From an uncultured Acidimicrobiaceae bacterium (GTDB lineage: Bacteria; Actinomycetota; Acidimicrobiia; Spongiisociales; ZC4RG35): DNA of 64,000 nt. The stretch lies in assembly GCA_964558575.1 (NCBI GenBank), contig CAZLEQ010000003.1, positions 24,483 through 88,482 on the forward strand. The letters run 5' to 3'. This document shows, one piece after another, positions 9,044-19,100 of the stretch (position 1 is the stretch's first letter; every line of letters starts with the position of its first letter). The notes under the pieces are model-generated. The model was not told the DNA's origin, searched no databases, and saw nothing but the letters and a program-made list of their open reading frames with translations. The position numbers were made by a program, and so were the translations under genes.

Positions 9044-9472
9044 TCAGCCCGCCGCGATCTCCCCGGTGGAACCCGAGCTTATGGCCACCTTGTGGGGTTT
9101 GGCTTCGGCGCGCATCGGGATGGTGACCGTCAACACCCCATTGTCGAACCCCGCCTCCACCGCCGAGGCGTCGAGGTGCTCGCCGAGACGGACCTCGCGT
9201 CGGTGCTGTCCCGAAGGACGCTCTCTCAGCAACCAGGTGACACCCTCGTCGTCCTCTTCGGGGCTCTCCGCGGTGACGGTCAGGACGTTGCCCTCCACCA
9301 TCAGGTCCACTTTGGCGGGGTCCGCTCCGGGAAGGTCGAAGCGAAGCGTGTAGATGCCCTCTTTCTCATAGGCGTCGAGGGGCATGATCCCTCCCCGCCA
9401 GCGCCCCCCGAATGACGAGAGCATCCGGTCCACTTCCTCGAACGGATCGACAAAACGCATCATCGCAACCAT
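9044..9472 (-). CDS. Hsp20/alpha-crystallin small heat-shock protein
   Basis: FDLPGADPAKVDLMVEGNVLTVTAE...FDNGVLTVTIPM. Canonical ACD core, 142 aa. Confidence 0.9.
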   Translation of the reverse strand: MVAMMRFVDPFEEVDRMLSSFGGRWRGGIMPLDAYEKEGIYTLRFDLPGADPAKVDLMVEGNVLTVTAESPEEDDEGVTWLLRERPSGQHRREVRLGEHLDASAVEAGFDNGVLTVTIPMRAEAKPHKVAISSGSTGEIAAG

Positions 9473-9544
9473 CTCTCCTTTCGTGACTCATGTGGTTTCG
9501 ACCCTGAACTCCAACCCTCTCCACGGCGCCGCGTGTTCAGGTAA

Positions 9545-9554
9545 TATACGTATA
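9545..9554. promoter_or_regulatory. perfect 10-bp palindrome TATACGTATA in the AT-rich leader of hsp20
   Basis: It lies 73 nt upstream of the hsp20 start, in the only AT-rich patch of this region. A TTGACG hexamer (9573-9578, minus strand) sits 18 nt upstream of it. Confidence 0.3.
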
Positions 9555-9620
9555 CCGCACTCAACTTCTCTTCGTCAAATATCTAGGGAAGTGGTTCCCG
9601 ACCGAGAGAGTCGTGCGGCG

Positions 9621-10043
9621 CTAGTTGTTCGGGGGGGCGGCGCTGATCTCTCCGAGGGCCGACCCGGGGTCGCGCTCGATAGCGAGATCGCCGATGGTGA
9701 CGATCCCCACCAGAGTGCCGTCGTCCATCACCGGGAGACGGCGGATGGCGTGCTCCTCCATGGTCTTGACCGCGGCGGCTATCGCGTCGTCGGGGGCGAC
9801 CGTCACCAAGTCGTCGCGGCACACGTCCTCGAGCGTCGACGAGAACGGGTCGATTCCCTCGGCGATGGCACGGACCACGATGTCGCGGTCGGTGATGATC
9901 CCGCACACGCTGCCGTCGGACTTGGTAACCACCACGTCACCGATATCACGGTCACGCATGGCAACGGCGGCGGCATGAAGGGTGGCATCGTGGGTCATGG
10001 CCACCGGGTCTGGGGTCATTACTTCTGCAATACGTTCGGGCAT
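9621..10043 (-). CDS. CBS-pair domain protein (Hrp1-like)
   Basis: 140 aa with two CBS repeats (VMTPDPVAM...GIITDRDIV and LVTVAPDD...GIVTIGDL). Confidence 0.85.
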   Translation of the reverse strand: MPERIAEVMTPDPVAMTHDATLHAAAVAMRDRDIGDVVVTKSDGSVCGIITDRDIVVRAIAEGIDPFSSTLEDVCRDDLVTVAPDDAIAAAVKTMEEHAIRRLPVMDDGTLVGIVTIGDLAIERDPGSALGEISAAPPNN

Positions 10044-10202
10044 GAGAGCTCCTATGTCGGGTTTGGTGGCCCTACCCGCTCAACCGGAACCGGAAACCTG
10101 CGACCGGCCCTCAGAGACCCACCCACATCGCCTGGAGCGCCGGAATCCAGGGGAGTCGGCAATGACCGGGGCGGCCACGATGGTGTCCTGACGGCGATCG
10201 AC

Positions 10203-12968
10203 TCAAGGATCGGACAGGACGTCGAGCAACTCGTCGCCGTAGGCCTCGAGTTTGGCGGGACCTATCCCGGGGACCTCGAGCAGCGCCTCGCTCGTGCCGG
10301 GTCTGTGTGCGGCCAGGGCTTGCAGGGTCTTGTCGTTGAACACCACGTAGGCAGGCACACCTTGTGCCCGGGCCTGGTCGAGTCGCCACGCCTTCAACCG
10401 TTCCAGCATTCCGGGATCCCCGCTGCCAGTGCCGGGGGTGAGTCGGCCCGGTCGACCCGACTTCTCGACTCGCTCCCCCCAGGGGACGGCCATCGTCGCC
10501 CCGGGCAACTGCACCAGGACACCGGTGGTGAGGACCTCGACAACCGTTCCGGTGTAGCCCCCGCTCATGGTGATTTGGTCGCCAACGGCCACCTGGACGC
10601 CGTCGGCGGGAGCCTTCTCCGATCGATCCGGCACCGGAGACGGGCCACTGGGATGAGGCGCGGTCCCGTCGATCTCGGTGAGGAAGCGTGAGGGTTGCTC
10701 CCGGTCGGAAAGCACGGTCACCGTCTCCCGGCCCCTGGTGAGGGCAACGTGAAAGACCCGACGTTCCTCTTCGATGTCCTCGGCGAGAGAGTGGGGCATA
10801 GACCCCCGGTCGACCCCGAAAACCAGCACGTGATCCCATTCCAACCCCTTGACCCGATGCACCGTCGACAGAGTCACCCCATCGGGTGAGGTTGTGGTGC
10901 TCAACCGCTCCCGCAGCCAGGCTTCGAAGGCCGGGGGCTCGGGCCCGAGAGCGGCCACCCGGCGGAGCGCGGTGAGGTCGTCTCCCTGAGCGGAGCGGTC
11001 GGCACGGGACCGACCGGCGTCGAGGGCGGCCGCGGCTCTGTCGAGACCGACCTCGGAGGTGAGGACTTCGAGGAGATGCGACGTCGAGGCGGTCGCCCGA
11101 GAGGCAGTCAGGATGTCCTCGCAGAAGTGGTCCCAACGGCTGCCCCTCCGTCCTTCCAGTTGGGTGCCCATCTCGATCAGATCGCGAAGCGAGAAGAGGC
11201 CGCGGCGCTGGCCGATCAGGTCGGAGAGCAGCCGGGTGATGCCCCGGCTGGGTCTTCGCACCGCCTCGAACAGGTCGCTTCGACTCATCTCCGCAGGGTC
11301 GAGGGCGATCCGGATCCAGGCGAAGGCGGCCCGCATCAGGGTGCGGTCGAGGACGCTCACCGAGAGCAGGGAGTCGAAAGGTACGCCCTTCTCGGCCAGG
11401 GCGACCTGCACCGGCATCAGACTGGAGTTGACCCGGGTCAACACGGCGATCGACGAGGATCTCACACCGGCGTCGGTGTGGCCGGTGATCCGCTCGACGG
11501 CGGCGAGCGCCAGGTCGGGCCCCGATGAGCTCACCACCTCGAGGCCACGGATCTCACTGCAGCTCTCGATCTTCTTGTCGACCCGACGCAGATTGTATGA
11601 GACGAGGTTGACCGCGGCTTCGACGACGTCGGACGGGCATCGATAGTTGACCCCGAGAGCGTGGAACCCCGCCCCGGGGAAGAGAGAGTCGAAGTCGATC
11701 AGATAGCCGGGATCGGCTCCTGCGTACCCGTAGATCACCTGGTCGTCATCTCCTACCCCGAACACCGACATCTCCGGCGCCGCCAGCATCCTGATGAGGA
11801 GCAGGTAGGCCGGGGTGAGGTCCTGGAACTCGTCGACCAGCAGGTGCCGGCATCGGCCCTGCCAGCGGGAGCGGAGCTCAGGGTCCCGGCACAGGGCTTC
11901 GATGGCACCGTAGACCTGCTCGGTGTGGTCGGCCTCGCCGGCCCGGGAGAGACCGTCGCGGTAGCTCCGGAAGGTGGCGGCGAAACCCGGGACGTCGTCC
12001 CGGCCGGCCTCGACCTCCTCGGGATGGCGGAGCCCGATGCGCACCTCGTCGAGCGCCTCGAGATAGGGGCCCATGACATCGGTGTTGGGGCGGGGCGGGG
12101 CGACGGCGATAGGTTCGAGACGGCGTCTCTGTTCGCGTTCGTCGATGAGGCGGAGATGCGGCGAGACCGTGCGCAGGATCTCCCATCCGATGGAGTGGAT
12201 GGTGCGGACGTTGAGCCGCTCGCCACGGGGGAGCCGCTGCACCATCTCCTCGGCCGCCCGGCGGTTGTAGGCGAGAGCGGTGAGGATCTCCGGTTCGATG
12301 CCACGGTCTTCGAGGAGGTGACGAATCCGGGCGGTGAGGACCCGGGTCTTGCCCGAGCCGGCGGGAGCCACCACCCGGGCGGGGCCCACCAGATGTGACA
12401 CCGCTTCGAGCTGGTCGGGAGCGAGGTCGGCGTCCGGAGTGGAAAACGGCCTCACCGGTGTCACCGCCGCCAGTTCCACCGTCTCGTGGTGGATCACCAT
12501 CCCGTCGAGATCGAGTGGCTGGCGGGGCCCACCGTCGACCCAGACCGGGGTGCCGTCGTCGAGGAGGATGTCGGCCGGGCCGCCGAAGGTGCCCCCGATC
12601 CGGGCCACCGCCTTGTGCGCCCACCACCACACCATCGGCTCGGAGCGGGCGTCGTAGGAGTTGTGCCAGACCAGCTTGGTGAGTCGTTCCTTCGGGAAGC
12701 TGAACGTCGCTCCCAACTGGTAAGGCGGGTGCTCCGTGGTCTCGGGATCGTTCAACTCCTCGACGGCGACGTCGAGGACGAAAACGCTGGGGATGCGACC
12801 GATGTATCGACGTTGCAGCTCGTCGACGGCATCGCCGAGCCCACCGGGATCGGCTAGCAGGGTGGCGTCGATCACGAACCGATCCGCTGCGGTCCACGGT
12901 GGTGGTGGCAAGTCGCCAGGCCCGACGACGACAGAGCGCCCCAGCGCGGGAGGACCTGGTGCTGTCAC
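10203..12968 (-). CDS. UvrD/PcrA-type superfamily 1 DNA helicase with an unknown N-terminal domain and an HRDC-like C-terminus
   Basis: Walker A VVAPAGSGKTRVL, DEFQD, VHRVKGLEWD, ALTRGRE. The C-terminus AYVVFNDKTLQALA...VPGIGPAKLEAYG is HRDC/HhH-like. The first ~180 aa match nothing I recognise. Confidence 0.85.
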   Translation of the reverse strand: MTAPGPPALGRSVVVGPGDLPPPPWTAADRFVIDATLLADPGGLGDAVDELQRRYIGRIPSVFVLDVAVEELNDPETTEHPPYQLGATFSFPKERLTKLVWHNSYDARSEPMVWWWAHKAVARIGGTFGGPADILLDDGTPVWVDGGPRQPLDLDGMVIHHETVELAAVTPVRPFSTPDADLAPDQLEAVSHLVGPARVVAPAGSGKTRVLTARIRHLLEDRGIEPEILTALAYNRRAAEEMVQRLPRGERLNVRTIHSIGWEILRTVSPHLRLIDEREQRRRLEPIAVAPPRPNTDVMGPYLEALDEVRIGLRHPEEVEAGRDDVPGFAATFRSYRDGLSRAGEADHTEQVYGAIEALCRDPELRSRWQGRCRHLLVDEFQDLTPAYLLLIRMLAAPEMSVFGVGDDDQVIYGYAGADPGYLIDFDSLFPGAGFHALGVNYRCPSDVVEAAVNLVSYNLRRVDKKIESCSEIRGLEVVSSSGPDLALAAVERITGHTDAGVRSSSIAVLTRVNSSLMPVQVALAEKGVPFDSLLSVSVLDRTLMRAAFAWIRIALDPAEMSRSDLFEAVRRPSRGITRLLSDLIGQRRGLFSLRDLIEMGTQLEGRRGSRWDHFCEDILTASRATASTSHLLEVLTSEVGLDRAAAALDAGRSRADRSAQGDDLTALRRVAALGPEPPAFEAWLRERLSTTTSPDGVTLSTVHRVKGLEWDHVLVFGVDRGSMPHSLAEDIEEERRVFHVALTRGRETVTVLSDREQPSRFLTEIDGTAPHPSGPSPVPDRSEKAPADGVQVAVGDQITMSGGYTGTVVEVLTTGVLVQLPGATMAVPWGERVEKSGRPGRLTPGTGSGDPGMLERLKAWRLDQARAQGVPAYVVFNDKTLQALAAHRPGTSEALLEVPGIGPAKLEAYGDELLDVLSDP

Positions 12969-13044
12969 CGGATCCAGCGTAGGGCGGGGGTGGGACGGAT
13001 CGACTCTGCGGCAGTGGGCGGTCCTCGCCCTGCCGTCTCCCCCG

Positions 13045-13076
13045 TGACGTGCTCGCCGGTGTCGGAGAGCACGTCA
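13045..13076. other. 10-bp inverted repeat TGACGTGCTC-N12-GAGCACGTCA between the cgs stop and the helicase start
   Basis: Perfect arms at 13045-13054 and 13067-13076. Could be a hairpin after cgs or an operator for the helicase gene. Confidence 0.3.
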
Positions 13077-13148
13077 TTCCCCACTTGCCGAGCCTACTTG
13101 GCTCGCGCCGTGAATGAGAGCGCAGCGCGGATCGTCCTCGAGGTGGAC

Positions 13149-16100
13149 TCAGCCCAGGGTCACCTGCACATGGTGGCTGGATCCATCATCGACGAGATCC
13201 AGCTCCGAGCCTGGGACCAGGGTGACGCCGTCCATGCTCAGACCGGCCACGCCCTTGCTCACCCCGTTGGGGTTGATGACCTCGATCTCGTAGCGGGAGG
13301 AGTGGTAGCGGAACGAGATCTCGAACGCTCTCCAGGCTCTGGGTATGCAGGGATCGATCGAGAGTCGGGTCCCGCGCAGGCGGAAACCGAGGATCCACTC
13401 AACGCCGGCCCGGTACATCCACCCCGCGGAGCCCGTGTACCAGGTCCAACCTCCCCGACCCACGTGGGGAGCCTCCGAATAGACGTCCGCCGCGGCCACG
13501 TAGGGCTCCACCCGATAGCGGTGGATCCCGGCCCTGGTGCTGGCATGGTTGATCGGGTTGAGCAGACTGAAGAGCTCTCCGGCCCGGTCACCGTCGCCCA
13601 GGGTGGCGAAGGCGATGACAGACCAGAGTGCGGCGTGGGTGTATTGGCCGCCGTTTTCCCGGATGCCGGGCAGGTATCCCTTGATGTATCCGGGATCTAC
13701 ATCCCATTCGTCGAACGGCGGCGTGAAGAGCAAGACCAGGCCATCCCCACGTTGCACCAGGTACTCCTCCACTGCATCCATCGCCCTTCGCGCCCTGTGG
13801 TCGGGGGCGCCGCCATGGATGACCGACCATGATTGTGCGATCGAGTCGATCCGACACTCCGGATTCACCGATGAGCCCAATGGCGTCCCGTCATCGAAGA
13901 AGGCGCGCCGGTACCAGTCACCGTCCCATGCCGCCTTCTCGAGACTCGCCCGGAGGCGGAGCGCGCCTTGCCTCCAGCCGTCGGCGACCTCGACCTCCCC
14001 CAGATCTTCGGCGACCTCCGCAAAGCGTCTCAGGTTCGCGTCCAGGAACCACCCCAACCAGACGCTCTCCCCTCGCCCCTCCCAACCCACCCGGTCGAAA
14101 CCGTCGTTCCAATCACCGGTTCCAATCAGGGGAAGCCCCCTGCTCCCGAGCCTGGAGAGGCCCCGGTCGAGGGCGCGCCGGCAGTGATCGAACATCGTCC
14201 CCGCCGTCGCAGATCGATCGGGGGTGAAATAGACCTCGTCCTGACCGGGAGCGAGCTCCGGGCCTTCGAGGTAGGGCACCTCCTGGTCGAGGAGGGTGGC
14301 GTCTCCGGTCACCTCAACGTAGTGAGCTACCGCGTAGGGGAGCCACAGGTAGTCATCGGAGATCCGAGTCCGCACCCCCCTTCCCGTGGGCTCGTGCCAC
14401 CAGTGGAGAGCGTCGCCCTCTTCGAACTGATGAGCAGCGGCACGCAACAGGTGCTCTCGGGCCGTGTCCCGCATCGACGTCACCAACGCCATCACGTCCT
14501 GGAGTTGATCGCGAAAGCCGAAGGCTCCCCCGGACTGATAGAACGCCGTCCGGCCCAACACCCGGCAGGCGAGCGTCTGGTAGAGCAGCCATTGGTTGAC
14601 CATCAGGTCGAAAGAGCGGTCCGGGGTCTTCACCTGGACCGTACCGAGGACGTCGTTCCATCTGGTTGCCACCTCGCCTCGCACCACTTCCGGGTCGGTG
14701 CGGCGATAGCGGTCGATCAGTCTGCGCGCCTCCTCTTCGTCCCTGCCCTGACCGAGGAGAAAGACGATCTCCACTTCCTCTTTAGGATCGAGGACGACAG
14801 AGCGTTGAATGGCTGCACATGGGTCGTGTCCCACACCAACCGTCCCCGAGAGCGTGCGGTCGAGTCTCAGTGCGGCCGGGTCGTCGACACTGCCATGTCT
14901 CCCCAGAAACTCGGCCCGGTCCCCGGTGACCGTGACATCGCCCGCTCCGAGATCGGCGAAGGCCACCCGGTCACCGAAGTCGATGTTCCATGGATTGCGA
15001 GCCAACACGGCTCCGGTCTCCTCGTCACGTTGGGTCACGATCTGCATGGGCGAGACCGACCGGGTGGTTCCCAGCACCCACTCCACGTATGCGGTGACCG
15101 ACAGACGGCGGCGTCGACTGGTCAGATTGCGAAGCCGTAAGCGTGAGATCTTGACCGGATCCTCGAGCGGCACGGTCTGATGGAGGTGGAGGGCAATTCC
15201 CCTGGAGTCGTGCTCGAACTCGGAATAGCCGGGACCGTGACGGGCCAGGTAACCGGCGGCGGCGTCGCGGATCGGCAGGGCTGTCGGACTCCAGACCTCC
15301 CCGCTCTCGTCGTCTCGAACGTAGAGGACCTCACCGGGACGGTCGGCGACTGGATCGTTGGACCAAGGTGTCAGCTGGTTCTCCCGGCTGTTCTCCGACC
15401 AGCTGTAACCGGAGCCCGATTCGGAGACACAGAACCCGAAAGACGGGTTGGAGACGACGTTGACCCACGGAGCCGGGGTCCATTGCCCTTCTCCCAGCAC
15501 CACCACGTACTCGGAGCCATCGGCGGCGAAGCCACCGAGACCGTTGTGGAACTCGCGCTCCGGCCGCCGCACCGGTCGCCCGGTCTGACGCTCTAGAACG
15601 TCCGTCCTGGAGCGGACTGCGGGGGCCACCTTCTCGGCCGGACGGCGGGCGAGCTGGTTGCTCAGCGTCCCGTGGTGACTGAGCAGCACCGCTCGCGCTG
15701 CCAATTGGAGAGTGGCCCGATCCTCTTCGGTGAGCAGCCTTCCGTTGAGGATGAAGACGCCCCCGTCGGGCTCGTGACCCACCGTATGGCCGCTCTCTCT
15801 GACCAGCTCTTCCATTGCCTGCTGCAGGTCGTGCGCGTACGAGCCCGGTTTCTCGTTCACGATCACCAGGTCTGCGGAGATTCCCTTCGTCCGCCAGTAC
15901 TCCTTGGCACGGAGCAAGTCCCGTACCAGCCCGCGCTCCTCGGGTTGGTCGATCCGAACGAGGACGATCGGGAGGTCCCCCGAGATGCCGTGCCTCCACA
16001 AGCCCTCCTGGCCTGTCGAGAGCAGCGGCCCCCCACCTGGCGGGGCTCGAAGGGCGGGATCGTGGTAGAGGAGAGTGCCTGCCAGCTGTTGGAAGACGTG

Positions 16101-19100
16101 CGCCTGCTCGGGGTCGATGCGGAGATGGTGGAGGAGAACCTGGGCCTGGGTCCACGCCAGGGTCAGGCATCGTTCGAATGCCGTTGCGTCGGAGAACTTG
16201 TCCACCAGGTCGAGGGCCTCGGCCCGGCTGGAAGCCATCACCGTCGTGAAGTCGAAGTGGACGCTGGCACCAGGCTGGATCCGAACCTTCCTCCGCAAGC
16301 TGAACACCGGATCGAGCACCCTGCCAACGGAGTTCGACAATGGGCGACCGACCGCGGCGGCGCGATGGACCTGGTTCCCCCGCCCGAGAAACCGGGCTCG
16401 ATCGGTTTCGTATTGAACCCCGCCTACCAGGTCGCCGGTGACGGCGAGGACATGACCCGCCCATACCGCATCGTCCTCACTCGAGCGTGGCCGGCGACTG
16501 GCGAGGAGAGCGTCGCGCCCGGGAACCGCCTCGGTCTGCACGAACAGATTGGAGAAAGCGGGGTGGGCGGCATCTGCTCGGTCGGCTGCCAGGACCAGTT
16601 CGCAGTAAGAAGTGACCTCTACTTCTCTCGGCGCCGAGCCCCAATTGGTGAGACTCACCCGCCGCATCTCCGCGTCGTCCTCTTCTGACACCACCACTGT
16701 CAGCTTCGTGGAGAGACTCCCGTCGCGTCGTGAGATCTCGGCTTTGTCCTCGGTGAAGGACACCTCGTAGGAGTCGGGCTCGGCCAGGGTCGGTTGGTAG
16801 CCCGCCGACCAGGTTCGGCCCTCGCCGTCCCTGACGAAGAAGAAGGTGCCGAAGTTGTCCCTCGTGGCGTCTTCTCGCCAGCGATTGACCGCCAACCCCT
16901 GCCAGCGGCTGCCGCCGGACCCGGCAGCGGTGATGAAGGTGCTGAGCCGGCCGTTGGAGAGGGCGTGGGTAGAGGGGACCCGGCCGTGCGGAGACGAGAC
17001 CCGCCTCACCACACCCTTCGCCTCCACGAAAGGCTGGGCTGCCTCGGCCACCTCCTGGGCGCGCGGTCGCGCCACTTCGACATCGCGGGGGACCCTCTCA
17101 TGCAACAAGAGCTCGGCTGCCCGGACCGCCGGATCGGCGTGGAACAGATCTCTGAACAGCCCGCCGAAGATCACGTTGGCCACGGCAACCAGTGACATCG
17201 CCTGATGATGAGCCATATAGGCGCGCACCAGGACGGTCTCCTCGCTCTCGGGGAGCCGGGTCGGGGTGAAGTCGAGCGCCTCGTAGTAGCCATATCTGCC
17301 CAGCGCACCCAGACTCTCCAACCTGGTCAGATTGGTCACGGCCGCGCCTGGTTCGATCATCGCCGCCAGCAGTGTCGCGTATGGGGCTACCACCAGCTCT
17401 TCGCTCAGCCCTCGTTCGAACCCCAGTCCCGGAACGCCAAACGCCCGGTATTGATAGACGAGGTGGATGTCCCGGGCCGCATAGGCCGCCTCAGAGATCC
17501 CCCACGGGATGTGACGCTCGTTCCCATACTCGATCTGGCGTCGTACCACCGCCCGGTAGGTGGTGTCGAGAATGCTCTCCGGCGGCGATCGCATCACCAG
17601 CAGCGGCATCAGATACTCGAACATCGAGCCCGACCACGAGATCAGGGCGGCATCGACACCCATCGGAGTCATCGACCGTCCGAGGCGGAACCAGTGGCTG
17701 GGGGGAAGGTCGCCTTTGGCGATGCCGACGAAGCTGGCCAGCCGGGCCTCTGAGGCGAGCAGGTCGTAGTGACTTTCATCGAGGGCGTTCTCACCGACCC
17801 GGTATCCGACCGCCAGCAGCTTGTTTTCGGGATTCATCAGGAAGGAGAAGTCCATTTCCTCCGCCAGACGGGCAGCCCTCCCGCCGAGGGCGGCGAGACG
17901 GCCGGAGAGCTGCTCCCGGTCGGCCTCATCCTCGAAGGCTCCGAGGTCGCGTAGGTGGCTTCGCACGGTCGCCAGCAGCCCTTCGGTGCATGCCGCCAGG
18001 TCTTCGGCGCCGTCAGCGGTGGCCAGGGTCCTCGCCATGTCCGCAACCGTCTCTCCTGCGGCGAGGATCTCGGCCAGGCGCGCCGAGCCGGCGGCACCCT
18101 CACTGCGCAATGAGTCGAGGAACTCCACCAGTGCATCGTCCAACTCCCGGGGGGAGATCACCTCGAGGTCGGTGTCGCCGGCCAGGCCACGAGCCGCCTC
18201 CAACATCAGCAACGCAACGTCCCTGATACCCGCTGCCACCTCCGGGCCCGGTGCGGAATGGCGGAGGCGCTCACAGCCCTGGGACACCGCCAGCAGGTGG
18301 CCGGCCAGGTTGCCGCTGTCCACAGTCGAGACATATCTAGGTTCCATCGGCTCACCCGTGGTGGTGTCGTACCAGTTGAACAAGTGACCCTCGAATCGCT
18401 CGAGTCGGTTCAACGCCGAGAGCGTGTCTTCGAGTCTGGTCACGGTCTCCTCGACTCCGATCCAGCCGAACTCCCGGGCCGACAGCACCGCCATCAGGTA
18501 GAGACCGATGTTGGTGGGGGAGGTCCGGTGTGCCACCTTGCCGAGATCCTCTTGGAAGTTGTCCGGTGGCAGCCAGTTCTCATCACTGGTGACGAACCTC
18601 TCGAAGTATCGCCAGGTGCGCCTGGCCGTCAGCCGCAGAGCCTCCTGTTCGCCAGTGCTCGGCGGCTCCGCCACCTTGACCGGTCGGGCGATGCTGACTG
18701 TGTGGGCGATGAACGGAGCCAGCACCCATAGTGCGGTCCATGCGCCAGCAGCCGCGAGCGCCCCCGGTTTGACGAAGACGGCGGCGGTGGTGGCGGCAAG
18801 ACCGATTGCCATCGACGGGGACATCCGCGAAACGAAGCCCTTGGCTTCGAGGCCGAACTGTCGCTCCGCCTCTTCGGCGGTCAGCCACGTCAGCAGCCCG
18901 CGACGGCTGATCGCCAGACGCCACAGGGTCACCACGATGGCATCGGTCATCCTGACGGCCTGGTGGGCCAGGAATGCTGCCTGGAGAAGCGCCCGTCCCA
19001 AAGCCCGGGAGATGTCGGTCCCCCAGCGCCGCAACCGCACCGCTCCCGGGGTGGTGGTCCGGCGCGGAATCATCCTCTCGAGCAGGGGAAGCAACCCGGG

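Noticed and set aside
9541-9580. HspR-type HAIR or HrcA-type CIRCE operator upstream of hsp20
   Set aside because: Only GTTGAGT (6/7 of the HAIR left arm) and a bare GCACTC are present. The expected right arms at the correct spacing are absent (ACGTATA instead of ACTCAAG).
9384-10691. 435-aa plus-strand ORF across the hsp20/CBS/helicase region
   Set aside because: It spans three well-supported minus-strand genes and their spacers. Its composition is out-of-frame-like (Gly/Arg/His-rich).
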